A stretch of DNA of 64,000 bases from Chrysomallon squamiferum. Lineage: Eukaryota; Animalia; Mollusca. Position numbers and translations under genes: made by a program. The stretch lies in NCBI GenBank assembly GCA_012295275.1, contig CM022670.1:2604001-2668000 (forward strand). Direction: 5' to 3'. The notes under the pieces are model-generated. The model was given only the letters and a program-made list of their open reading frames with translations. It had not been told where the DNA came from and made no database searches. The number at the start of each line of letters is the position of its first letter. Position 1 is the stretch's first letter. Shown piece by piece: positions 15,895-30,432 of the stretch.

Positions 15895-15982
15895 AACAAG
15901 TCAGATGCCGCTGACGAGACTCGAACGTATGACACCCATTCACCCGCACTCCGAAGTCGGACGATGTCACCGTTCTGCCACA
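15895..15982 (-). mobile_element. tRNA-derived SINE head (Pol III A/B boxes)
   Basis: The minus strand reads TGGCAGAACGG (A-box-like) ... GTTCGAGTC (B-box) ~45 bp apart. It does not form a clean tRNA cloverleaf. Confidence 0.5.
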
Positions 15983-16458
15983 AAGAAAATCAAGAGATTG
16001 TAATACAGAAGAGATGTATGTATGGATGTATGGATGGATGTATGGATGTATGTATGTATGTATGTATGTATGTATGTATGTATGTATGTATGTATGTATG
16101 TATGTATGTATGTATGTATGTATGTATGTATGTATGTATGTATGTATGTATACATGTATGTGTATGTATGTGTGTGTGTATCTTTGTATCTATAAATATA
16201 TTTACATATTTATGTGTGCATTTGTGTCAGTGCACGTGTATGTGTGTTTGTGTGTATTAATATATCCTTATATGTTCTATGATAGGCCACACGTCGATTC
16301 ATTTAATTTGAAAATTTTGTATCAGTGTATTAGTCCTGTTGCTGATCTTGATATTGTTTTTATTGTGTTCGATCACAATTATTTTATTTCATTTCATATA
16401 ATTTCATAAATTCAGCTTTGAATAGACAAGATTTTCATTAGTGAAATACTAATTGGTC

Positions 16459-16980
16459 TTAGAACACTAATGTGTTTGCAAAGAACCGGTCTACAAATAA
16501 CCGACAGTTTTCTCAAAATAACCGTGATTCTGAGAAAACCACTGTTTGTGCAAAACGCCTCTCTTCTGAATTAAAACTGCTAACGATATTTTTCTAACAT
16601 TATCGTAATCCTTGTGAACCACTACGGTCTAAAAACACTGCCACAGATATTTTTTTTCAAAATAATAAGAAAGCCTCTGAATTTGTAGGATACGAGACTA
16701 CAAAACCGCCACGGACATTTTACTAAATTCTTTATCGTAAATCTTAGAAAAGACTGAGTTTGCAAAACGCCAATACTACTATCGCGTTTTCTCTAAAAAT
16801 GATCGTAAAATCTTACAAAAAGCACTGTGTGTTTGTAATACGCCGTCTAAAAATCACTGCAAAAGATGTTTTTCTCGAAATTGTCGTAAATGTTAGAAAA
16901 GCACTGACTCGCTAACAGGCCGCCACTCTACAAAAACAAAGCTGCAGATACATTTCTCGAATTATTCGTAATTACTTAAT
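16459..16980. repeat. Old degenerate tandem repeat, ~70-80 bp unit, about 7 copies
   Basis: Recurring TTAGAAAAGCACTG..TTTGCAAAACGCC..TCTA(C)AAAA..ACTGC..AGATATTTTTCTC..ATTATCGTAA. Confidence 0.7.
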
Positions 16981-17594
16981 TCAATTGTCAGTTGTTTGTC
17001 ATTCACGTGTCCTATTTGAATAATCCAGACTTAGAATGCTTTGTTTTCTTTTCTTAGTTTTACGACAAATATATATTTTAGACGCTTTAGCCCGAGGTAA
17101 TAATTTTATGTCCATTTCTGACGTTTTATTCGGATTTCTCTCTTCAAAGGGCCTTTTATTTTTATTTTTGGAATATGACGTTTACGTGCTGATGTAGAAT
17201 GAAAAACAGAAACAATGAATGTAAGTGTATATACGTAAGTTGTTTTTGCTCGATTTGTAATTTTAATTTTTAATATGCATCAATGTGAATAAATAGGCAT
17301 ATATGGAATTTCAATGTATTTATTTACGACTGCCTTTATAATATATATATATATGTGTTTCTGTGTATGTGCGTGCGTACGTGCGCGCGCGCAAGTAAAT
17401 AATAATTAATGAATAAAAAATAAATAAATGGAAGTTAATTAGCGGTATATCTGCATGCATGCGTGATGTTTGTGTGTTAGTTTGTTTGTGCTGATCTGGT
17501 ACCGGTCGACTTATTCGTTGGTCGAAATTCTAAGATCAAACCATAAATTAGTCTACTGGTTTTAATTGTAAGGAAATCATTAAATGAAACTCGT

Positions 17595-17633
<39 letters not shown>

Positions 17634-19607
17634 TAAAAATTAAACTTTGTTTAAATAAACAAGAGATTTATGCATTAGTTGTGCCTGGTTCACCAGTTCA
17701 CGTAAGAAATAATTGTATCTATATGTTGATCTGTTTTTACTCCATCGGTTCAAACATTTACAAAATTTTTAGAAAAAAAAAGTACTGTTATAATAACTTC
17801 ACATAGACATCACTTGGATTGGCCACTGATTTAAGATTTATTGATAATATATTTAAACAGGCGAATAAAAATAAAGCGATTTTTATGAATGATCAATGGG
17901 GTGTGGCCAGTGTTTGAATTCAGATCCATAAAATGAGATTATTTTTGTTACCGGAGCCGTCGTAGCCTGATACTCTTCATACACCTGCCAGCTGACGTAT
18001 ACGCTTGGTACAACTTGAGATCCGCTCAGGCTAGGTAGATTTGGGGAACAAATAAAAATCTGTCTGATATTTAAAATTACTAGCCAACATTAAAAATGAT
18101 TTAAACTTGTATTATAGGTGCGCCAATTTTAAAGTAATTCAGAATATTGACAAAACAGTTTTCAGCTTTTGTGGTTTAAAATAAAGAGTAGATTATAAAT
18201 GAAATCTGATGACATTTTACTTTGCAAGAACGAACATTAATTTGATTAAAAGGCAATTTTAAGTTAATGGTTTATTGTTTTGTGTAACGATATTTTAAAA
18301 AGGAAATACATTAAAGATTTTTTTTATGTTTTCTTGATTACAAATAAAACGGTAGAACATACCATAGACTTCAGTACAGCAGTATTAGGCAGAGGCTAGA
18401 ACGAGAAAAAAGTACTGACATGGAATGAGCGTGCGATCCAACATATTTCAGACATTCGCTATACAAAAATTAGCTGAGGCCCTGTAAACCATTTAATTTA
18501 TAATATAAAAAACAATTTCCGTCAATACACAGAAAAATATCATCCACGCGACTAAATTATTTTTATTCTATTAATTTTTACGAAATTGTTTAAGTTCAGA
18601 ATTTTTGATAAGTAAAATAAAAGAAAAGGATCATTAAACAAATAAAAAGAAAAGGAAAGAATAAAATAGAATAAATAAATAAAAATATTACTATTTTACC
18701 TGTTAATTAATCATAAAATTTTATTCAGTATAATTTTATAGTTTCTACAAAAACTCACTTACGGTGTGTGTGCGTTCATTATAAGAAAACACAAAAAATA
18801 CCATCCATTTTTTAAAATTATATATATATATTTAATATACATAGACTCAATATCACGCTCTGTAAAACTCTCAAAGAAGCCATCATTCAGTTTAACATTA
18901 ATTTATATCAAGATCATCACAGGCGCCAACATCTTGTTGACTTAAAGCTTTACAAAATATTGTTATATTAGTCAGACTGTCGTAGACTGCTTTACGAAAG
19001 TCGAGTCGCTTAAGAGGTTTACGTCGTGCGCACGTCGTGTACACGTCGGGGTCGGTTCGGGGTGAGACGTCTACGGCCCAGCCACGAGCGGACGTCGTGA
19101 AGCGGGTGGAAGAAGATGGGGTGTCGCGGTACGGGTATCGGTGACAGCCGAACTCGTAAAAACTGCTCCAATCAAGATCTGAGTAAATCAAACAAGCGAT
19201 AGGCCCGCCTCGACAATACCCGTATCATGACATCTGATAAAAACAGCATCTTAAAGTCAAACAAGATCCATAAAAACGGGAAACGTTCGAGGTTTTGTAT
19301 AAATCGTAATTAAGCTTCATGAATATCGTTGTGAAACTGTATATCGGTGTTGATGAACCGATAAGAAGTGAAACAAAAATATGTTTTTAAAAATGGTTTT
19401 AGACTTTTTTTTTTTTTATATATACGAATTCATTATCTCTATTTTTCTTTCTTTGGATATGTGATACAGACGTTATTTGACTCTTCAGACAAGTTATTCA
19501 TACTGAGTCAACAGTTTCTAAGTTTCGAAATATTTTATAGTTTTGTTTGGTAGTAAATATTTTATTCACCCATTCATCTACTAGTCCAAACATCTACGTA
19601 TGTGTAC

Positions 19608-19639
<32 letters not shown>

Positions 19640-22175
19640 CTATGTATGTATATATGTATGTATGAATGTATGTATGAATGCGGGTATATTATATATATGT
19701 ACGTACATACGTACGTATGCATGTATGTATATATATGTATAGAATGTATGTATGTAGGTATATATGTATATCTGTATGTTGTATTGGTGTATGTATATAA
19801 ACAAAGTAAGTGCTTAGATATAAACCTATTATCAATAATTAAATTAGTACATAACTGATACATAGTCAGAAACTATGTTTATAACCAGAAAGATGAAAAA
19901 AATCAGTTAAAATGAAAATGTCCAAAGTGTTTATTTAATCTGACACAAACAAATGCGTACGTTACTTTGAAAGTACAACCTGTAGACAGATCCATTAATT
20001 TTTAACAAACATCTAAGTAACGAATTCCTTTCTCAATGATAATTATTTTTAATTTATAATTATTAAGTTCTGGCTTGTCTGTCACTTTCCATTTACATAC
20101 CTTTAATATGAATACCCGATCGCGAAGACTTATACCAATTTATCATGGAAGGAATTTTCTTAATATTACAAAATAAATTGTCGAGCTCTTTGAAGTCGTA
20201 TTCTGATACAGTGGACATCGTTGTCGTTAAATTAATATAGTCGGTTTATCCGCCTTCTCCGTTCTTTTCTTGTCTCCCGATACTCAGACAACAGCCGCAA
20301 AACCATTAACAACTGATGCCTTTTTGTTCGTAAGACAAACTTTGGTTAATCAGCGCCCTGTTAATCACCAAAGCAACCCCCTTTAGCCAAAGAGGTTTAT
20401 AAAGTTGAACCACGGAAGACCCGGCTGTCTCCGCGTGTCCCAGAGCTCGGAGGCAGCAATGTCGATCTCTCTCCTCTCTCTCTCTCTCTCTGATTGTTAA
20501 ACTGCGGTCCGACTCTATCAATTACAAAAGCACTCGGCAACTGGTTGGCGTAATCCTGTTACTAATGCAGTGTCCCCCAGTGTCAAGAGTTATTTCGTGG
20601 ACACGATAATAAATCGGAATTCCTCATTACGTCTCCGCCATCTATAAATGCGATCGAGACGGTGGATGGTCCGTATTAAGGGTTTTTCCATAACTGTCAG
20701 ACCATTTTCCTATTATCTATGGCCAGCATATGGAATGGATTCCTGAAAGCGGAACCATAAACAGTAATGCAATAGACGCATGCTCATTTAGAGCAATTTA
20801 TGAAGAGGGGAAAACAAATGGCATTTTCTCCGACTAAGAGCGAAAGACGACATTACTGAAAGGTCGCCCGAAGGCGCCATTTCTTGTTGGCTTTTTTCGC
20901 GGCTTTTGTCGTGTATATTGAAGTATGTAATTATAAATGAAAAAAATAAAAAAAAAGAATAGAGAAACTGAAAGAAAAAAATATATTCTGTAGTAATGGA
21001 AAATATAAGTTGTAAAATTCTTAATAATAATAAAAATAATGTTGATGATGATGAAGATAATAATGATAATAATAACGAGGATGAGGATACAATAGCAATA
21101 ATAATAATAATAATGATGATGATGATAATGTTAATGATAATAATAACACTAATAACAATAACAATAATAATAATTTAAATGTTTAAAGCTAGCTTTTATT
21201 TATTTATTTATTTATTGTTTTTTGAGGTTCGTTTTAGTCACATATGTGGAGTTTTTTTTAGTCTGTTAAATCTAAATCATGTTATTAAAAACTTGATCTG
21301 AAATGAAAATAAAATAAAATTTAGACACGTCCTGGATCAAGTTCAGTGATGGAAGATCATCAGCCTGACAAACAGACGTACGTACGCTCGCTGTAACCCT
21401 AGCCTCTGTGCGTGTTTCCATTGTCAGTACACACCTTCACCTCGGTTAATGCTACACGTGTCATTCAATTCTTTAGGTTTTGTCACTGAAAAAAAAAAAA
21501 AAAGAAAAAGAAAATGATTCGTTTTGTGATTGTTCTTTTTCTTAAATCCTCTTGTCTGCAAGAAAATGATTCAGCAAACATGAACAGTAATTTTATTTTT
21601 CCGTATTTTAACCTATACGAAGAATGTAAGGAAATAAGAACAAGCCATATGTATACTACTATCAAATCATTTGAAGAAATAATAACTATTTCATTTATTC
21701 CAACAGACAACCCTGCATTAATCAAGCTTCTTGAGACGAATTCGAGAAGAAGGATAATCCCTAAGCGGTTTTCGCCAATGCTGTTTCAAACGGTATTGGG
21801 TGTTGTCGACAACACGTACTGTCGGGTTAGCTGGGTAACACCCGAAATCCATCATTCTCAATTACTGCACCCGTCTTTTCTACGGTAATCATTTCAGGAT
21901 AAAATAGACTTCAATCAATTCCGCGGGGTCAAAGGTAATCTATTTTATCTGTTTGTGCCTTCTTCTAGAAAGATTGCAGCGCATGTAATTATTCAGTTCG
22001 AATTACAAAGGAATAAATCATGGAGACGTTTGTTATGAAACTGATACGGGTAGGTTATGCTCACAGTGAACATGAACGCTGCGCCTTCTTAAGATTTACT
22101 AACTTTTTCTCTCTTTCTTTTGAGCGAGTGAAATAGCTAAGTGCAGGGTTATGTCTAATAGCTGACGGAAGAGGG

Positions 22176-22261
<86 letters not shown>

Positions 22262-23331
22262 AGAAACAAGGGGAAACGAAAAAAATGGATTCAAAGATTT
22301 TTTTTTTTTTTTAGAACTGTATTTTCGAAAGTAACATTATTTTTATATTTGCTGTTCTACTACAGGATAATCTGTTACTGGAATCGGAATCAAGACTAGA
22401 ATGAAACACAGAACTAAATACAATTGTGACATCTAGAACTCATCGATGTCCAAAATCTGAAATCAAATGAAGTCCTGGTGCCTGGAATCAAAATGAAGTC
22501 CTTACGACTTCATCAAGCAAAATTGTATTCGCTTCACAGCAAGGGTAATAAAATATTTGTTTTATTAATCATTATCGTCTGCCACGAATGAATCCGGCAG
22601 TCCGATGATTACGTAGAACGGTGCGCAGCGGAGGGTGAAAGATACCACAGAATATCGACCGGAAACAAAGTATTATTAAAAGAGGACAAAATATTATTAA
22701 AGAGAACATTCAGCGTCTTGCACATTGAACCAGGGTAATAAAAGTGATGTGCTATCTTATTGGTTCGGTGGCTATCATATTCCCAGTTCAAATAGTTACA
22801 GATACGGGCCAAAGTAATAAACATTCATTGGTGAATAATAAAAGCGTATCGCGGAGAACTAAATAAAGATTAGTTGTGGTTTTGTTCAGGGGAACGGTAA
22901 ATAAGCTTCGCGCGTACGAGTCCGGTATTCGTATGCTTCGTAGTTTTCACTGATTTATTGTTTGGTAATGAAAGCAGTTTCTGATAACGCGAGCACTGCC
23001 GCAGTACGTTTATCGTTCCAGAAAACACGAGAAATATCTCAGATATTAGTTTTGATGAGTCGTTAGGGTTTGATCATTTTTTTTCCGTGTTGTTATTAAA
23101 TATTCCTTTTTTTTTTTTTTTAAAATATTTAATAAATATTCATAAGTAAAAGTACTTATACTTGTGATTATTATTTGTTTGCTGATTTATTTATTTTACT
23201 GAAATGATGTTTTAATTAAATCGTCTTTGTCTTAAGTTAATTCTTAATACGACATAATATCTAACAAATTTCTATTATTAATAATCATTAAAGAATTTAA
23301 ATAGATAACTAATTATTAATAATACATTCCC

Positions 23332-23364
<33 letters not shown>

Positions 23365-23435
23365 TATATACATATATACATACATAAACACACATACATA
23401 TACCTGTACATATTTACGTATCTTTCTACATATAA

Positions 23436-23471
<36 letters not shown>

Positions 23472-24000
23472 TATATAATTACATACCAACACACATACGT
23501 AAAACCTACAAACATATTCAGTTTCAACAATAACTAGCAAACAGTATGATATTAAACCTGGCATGACCCCAGATCACTGATGAAAAAATCAAACAAAAAT
23601 ATAAAAAAATATCAAACAAACAACCAACAATGTTCACGCAAACTCAATATCACACCAAAAACACAGTTCCAATAAACACCTTTTCCCGTCCTGTTTTGTA
23701 ATGCTTTGTAATCTTAATACGAATGTGACAAATACGACTTCCATAATCAGCGAGCGAGCTGGTATTTGGCAAATCAATTTCGCCGACCGTGCTTCTTTAA
23801 TAATGTGCAATTTATTACCACGAGTGTGATGCGCATTTCAGAAATGCACATCATTATTATTAATACAAACATCGTTCCATTATCGCTTTAATAACGTGCT
23901 GTTAGCTCGTTCGCAGGGAATGGCGAAATTCCTCAACTCCAGTTTGTTAATGGCAGTATTAATATCTGGTCGTACCAGTGACTGTAATAATAACAATAAC

Positions 24001-24064
<64 letters not shown>

Positions 24065-24066
24065 GA

Positions 24067-24100
<34 letters not shown>

Positions 24101-24284
24101 GTAATAGTAATAATCATCATCATAATCATAATAATAGTAATAATAATCATAATAATAATAATAACAACAACAAAAAAAACAATAAACGAAATAATAATGC
24201 TCATGATAATGATGATGATGATATTATATATATAAACAATATATAACAATCTAAGGTGTGTAATTATATTTGCTGTTTGTCAAC

Positions 24285-24438
24285 AATGTATGTATGACAT
24301 ATCTGAATATCTGTATCTGTATCTGTATCTGTATATGTATATATTGTTTATGTATATGTATGTATGTATGTATGTATATGTGTATGTGTGTATGTTCGTT
24401 GTTTAATATGTATGTATGTATATATGTTTGTATGTCTG

Positions 24439-24483
<45 letters not shown>

Positions 24484-24849
24484 ATATATATGTATGTTGT
24501 ATGTATTGTTTTTGTATGTATGTTTGTATGTTTATATATATGGTATGGTATGACTATGTATGTATGTATGTATGTATGTATGTATGTATGTATGTATGTT
24601 TTATGTTGGTATGTTTGTATGACTATGATGTATGTATGTATGTATGTATGTATGTTTGTATGTATGTATGTATGTATGTATGTATGTATGTTTGTATGTT
24701 TGTATTTTGTATGTATGTATGTATGTATGTATGTATGTATGTATGTATGTATGTATGTATGTATGTATGTATGTATGTATGTATGTATGTATGTATGTAT
24801 GTATGTATGTATGTATGTATGTATGTATGTATGTATGTATGTATGTATG
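24285..24849. repeat. (ATGT)n-rich compound microsatellite
   Basis: Direct inspection. Confidence 0.95.
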
Positions 24850-26055
24850 ACGTATGAATGTATTTGACATGTGTATAAAGCTGCAGGTATAGAAAAATAA
24901 AGTGTACGCTGGGTTTCCGGGATCGGTTACATCTCATCGTCCAACCCCGAAAAGCACAAACAAAGCAGAACTAAACAGGACTGTTGTGTCTTCTCTGTAA
25001 TAACAATTACCAACTGACAAACCCAAAGAAACCGTCCATTCACGTGTCTGATGAGGGCAGTTTTAAGCTGGGAAGACGATATACTCATTTAAAAAACACT
25101 TGACTTCGAACACGATTTGACCATTGTACCATTGCCTGAACAGTTTGTCAACACGAAACACAATCTCGCAATTTGTCTTAAACGATTCGCGCCACTCGGC
25201 GGCGCATTTTTCTTGTTTTCCTTCCATTTCAACTTGTCTGAAATGCTGAATCTTTCTCTCACTGCCCCGGCGACCAGCGTGTGACAAGGGGGTCAATCAT
25301 TGTAATATCCATGCATTTCTGTTTATCATCTCCCCAAGAGCAAATATCTTCTCAATTGGTCAGTGCTGCGAGTGAGTAAATGTATTGTCAATGGGTTTTT
25401 TTTTTCTTTTAACGGGAACCTTTTACCTTGGGACAGTTTGAGACGCTTTGTTTGTCGTTAGGGATTAACACAACGACAAAAATGAATTAAAAACAGTGAA
25501 AAACGGGCGACTCTCAACACTCGAGGTCTTGTTGTAAAATGACCGATTGCTTTCACAAGACAAAAAGTCAATAACGTATAATTTTGTAAGTACTGAGTCA
25601 ATATGGAGGGCGAATATGTCTAACTGACAGGTGAAGAAAGACAATGGACGAAAGCTGATCGTTTTAATGGGTCAGGGCAGAGCGAGGGGTTGACATGTAC
25701 ACATTGCGTTATGTTAAGCAACACGTCACTCTTACAAACAGAGCAGTTCATATTTACATTTTTATACACTGTAATGTTGGAGATGGTCGGCGAAGTCGGG
25801 GTGTATACGGAAAAAAAGAAAAAAAAAAGGAAAAAAAAAGAGGTGACATAATAAGGTAAATAATTATTTAGTTTTAGCCTAAATGGTTTATAATGTATTA
25901 AATAACACCTTTGAGTGATTTTGAGAAACGACAAAACAAAGCACTCTTTCACGAAGAATAAAACGAATATTAGAGAAGACTAATTTGTTTTAAATAAACA
26001 CACGTACATACAAACATAGAAAGACAAACACACACAGACACAAACAGAGAGAGAC

Positions 26056-26120
<65 letters not shown>

Positions 26121-26873
26121 TAGAGAGAGAAAATAATGATAATGATGATGATAAATAAATAAATAAATAAATGTAAGTAAAAAAATAAAATAAACATACA
26201 AATCTCTCTTTTTTGTTTTGTGTCCTTTTTTCTTCTTTTTCTTTCTTCTTTCTATTTTTTTTGACACATTTAACCTTTCTCTCTATAGTAGTACATAAAA
26301 TAACTAAAATTAAAACACAGAAGACTTCTATTTTAAAAATATTTCGTGAGTAATTATCTATATCAAAACGAAACTAGCTGAGCACAAATAATTAATATTG
26401 GTTTAAGTTTCATCGCTAAAGAGCTAGAACTCTTTTCATACTTTTAATAGAACATTAAGGAATGTATAATAACATAATACTTATGAAAATAAAACCAGGA
26501 ATGGTTCCAGAATTATTAATGTAGGAAGATTCTAGTGATAACCTTTTAGGAACAGAACCAAAGCAGGATATTACGTTGCGAAGAAAGGATTGGTATTAAG
26601 CTTAATATCGCAACATGTGTAACTTGTCAATCCTCCAAATACACATGCAGCTGTTTATGTCTAAGCTGCTGATTGTTTATATATGACTTATAATATTGTA
26701 TATACTTGTATGCTTATGAACCACACGCCTTAAACTAAATAAACTACTACTACTACTTATTATTATCATCATAATCAGTACTGAAACCATAACAGCAACA
26801 ACACAGGAACAGTAATAACAATAATCATCAAAACCATTATAGAAGTAATAGAAGTAGTAATAGTAGTAATAAC

Positions 26874-26915
<42 letters not shown>

Positions 26916-28412
26916 TAATAATAATAACAACAAAAACAGTAATATGGAAAGGCCATTTATTTTTCTTATTAATGGTTTTTATAATAACCAGGATAATGAG
27001 GACACTAATAATAACGGCATATAACACAAGAGGACTAAGTCCAAAATAACAAAAAGGGCAACAAACACAAATAAAGAAATAACAACAAGAACACAAATCC
27101 CAAACAGGCAGCAAAACGGTAGGATCTGAAACAAAAAGCAGCTCCATCTACAAATTAACTAGTTAATAACATTTTCCACTTTATAAAGCCTACTTTAACA
27201 AAGACCGCCATTATCCCACATAAATAAGGACCTTTATAACAAATTCGTTATTCCCCTTGTTACGGAATCTAACACTATTACCCTGCATTGCTTCAGTGAT
27301 CAAGTTTAAGAATTCAAGACAGAAAAAATAATTATTTCCGTCATCCGCGGTTCATATTAAAGCACAGACAAAGCACCTCCACCCCCAAAATATATTCTGG
27401 ATCTTCCCTTAATAATCCCACATTAGTTTCAGACATAGATAAACGTGTTCGCAGGCCTTAGATGGGCAAATTAGGCCAAGAAAGACATATAAATAGTGAG
27501 AGATATTGTAGTTTATGGAACAGATACTGTTAACACGGGCCTGAATATACATATCAGTATATCGTATGTCGTATTCAATACAAATTATAGGTTTCACCTA
27601 CCTAACATATATCTCCTTTTATCTCCCTAATCATTTATTTAACACCTGCTTATAATTATTTCAGTGAATTTATTTATTTTTTTCAAATTTTTGTCTTCAT
27701 TAAAATGGCTGTAGGCTATATTTCTGTTCGTGTGTTCTTCCCGTTCCGCTAACTCAATATGCTGTTTCTTTTTTTTCACCCCAAACAAAGAAAGTTAACA
27801 CAACACAGTCACTGAGAATACCTTTACGGGCAATAATTTATTACTGCTGACCTCGATTGAACTGTTCATATTTATATAAAGCGACCTTTAATTAATATCC
27901 AGTCTTACAAGACCCCGAGGGTTGAAAACAATACGGGTTTCCAATCTAAAACAACTGTTGACCCCCTAGAAATTCATTTGTCACAGGCATTTGACGGTTA
28001 GTTGCAGAAATATTTACTTCTCAATTAACTGGGAATGTTAATTTGGTTGGCAGTCAAGCCAACAAGGAAAGTGACCACGAATGTCAATTTCTATCGATTA
28101 CACTGGTCCGCGGCGTGGGAATGTAATTGACACATCTCGAATGTAACGCAGAGAATCCACATTCACTGGTCAAGTGAAGTGGACAAACTCTTGACAGAGA
28201 AAAAACTGTTAAAAAAGAAGGATGGCGAAGAAGAAGAAGAAGAAAAAGAAGAAGAAGAAGAAGAATAAAGAGAACATTAAAAGAAGATAGGGAGAGAGAT
28301 ATCTTTTAATAATCGAAGAAAACTGTTTTAATAAAATGTTAACGAAATGTACGGTAACATAGTATTTGTGAAAATAAAACCAGGAACCGTTCTAGAATTA
28401 GTGGGGGTGGGG

Positions 28413-28501
<89 letters not shown>

Positions 28502-28770
28502 AGAAGAAGATTAAAAGAAAATAGGGAGAGAGATACTGAACAGCTGAAAATATATAGTTTGTGTAGTGTAAATTACAATAGAATGAAAAAGCAGGTTTAA
28601 TAGTTTTATTAAGTATTTAGAAATTTATAGAATTAATATGGAAATTCTTATTAAATTTATTTTTAATCAACACAAAATAAATATAATTGTAATTATAATA
28701 ACAACTATCTATAATTTTCTAAATTTCATAATTAATAACTAACATTAACAACGGGCGATATAATAATAAT

Positions 28771-28806
<36 letters not shown>

Positions 28807-28906
28807 AACAATAACAATAACAATAACAATAACAATAATAATAATAATAATAATAAATAAATAAATAATATGAATGTATATTATTCAGGATTTTTTCTAT
28901 CATTTA

Positions 28907-28981
<75 letters not shown>

Positions 28982-29843
28982 TAGTAGTAGTAATAATAAC
29001 GACACCAAGAAGAAGAACAACATCAACAGTAACAACGATGACGACATGATCAATAACAACAACAACAACATCAATATTTTAGTTGTTGTTTACGTATATC
29101 ATAAAAATAAGCAATGTTATAACGAAGGTAAACAAGTAGATGAACTTTAAAATAACTACATTAACAGCTTATTGTTTTTAATGAAATGAACATATAATTT
29201 AAAATACATTTTAAAAGATTTAAATGATCATTTAAAAAAAAATTAAAATAATAAAACCATTTATTATTGTTGTTTTTTTGTTTTTTTTTGTTATCTCGAC
29301 AGTTATTATCATTATCGTTGTTATCGTTGTTGTTATCATTACCATTATCATCATTATCACAGTCGTTATCTTTGTTGTTATAACTGATATTATTATAATC
29401 ATCGTCATTGTTATCACTCCTATTATTGTCATTATCATCGTCGCCGTTGTTGTTGTCACAACTTAAAATCGTCGTGATTATTATAATCATCATAATCATC
29501 ATCATCATCATCATCATCATCATTACCATTATCATCATCAACATCGCTGCTACAGTCAATATAGTTTTGTATAACATGTAAAAAGGTTGTAAGTGTTTTA
29601 ATTGGTTTACAAAATAACGGATATTTACCTACACGAAAGATAACGGGTTTGTTCCAAGTGAGTGAGGCGCTGCACTCTGTGAACTGGAGAATTAGGTATC
29701 AGTGTCAGAAGTAGATACACAGACCCGACTTCGCTTCTGACAACTAAATCCTCATCAGATGAAGCCAAGAAAACATTTTTCTACATTTGAAACACGATGA
29801 TTTTTTATGCCAGTTCTCAAAATAATGATGATGATGGTGATGT

Positions 29844-29874
<31 letters not shown>

Positions 29875-29894
29875 AATAATAATAATAATAATAA

Positions 29895-29925
<31 letters not shown>

Positions 29926-30078
29926 AAGAAGAAGAAGAAAAGAAAAGAAAAAAAAAAAGAAGAAGAAGAAGAACAACAACAACAATAATAATAATAAGTT
30001 AAAAATAATCAGGGAAGTAGTAAATTTGCTATCTAACAATAACAAAATAACGTACATAAGAATGAAATAAGGTAAGGT

Positions 30079-30114
<36 letters not shown>

Positions 30115-30377
30115 AAAAAAAAAGCTAGAGTGAAAAAGAGAAAACCCATTCAGTTCAATACAAAAATGGAAAATATAAAGTTTCATTTAAAGTTGTTAAC
30201 TGGGTTTATATTTTGTCATTTTTTTCCCTCTAAATCTCTGTTAATAATTCTGTTCCTCAGAAAAATAAGAGAATGAAACAAGGGGGAGGGAAATCAGACA
30301 TAATTACAGTAAATTATAAATAAAAAGTTGTAAAACGCATTGAGATAATAATATTGAAAACAACAACAACAACAACA

Positions 30378-30432
<55 letters not shown>

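Noticed and set aside
15895-15982. Functional tRNA gene
   Set aside because: A/B boxes are present but there is no consistent acceptor stem or cloverleaf, so it is treated as SINE-derived.
17963-18033. Tiny element with TAGCCTGA...TCAGGCTA inverted ends
   Set aside because: Only an 8-bp inverted repeat and a single copy in the window, which is insufficient to call a MITE.
21514-21888. 124-aa plus-strand ORF with a hydrophobic N-terminus
   Set aside because: AT-rich codons, no family motif and no supporting gene structure. It cannot be fully excluded without RNA data.
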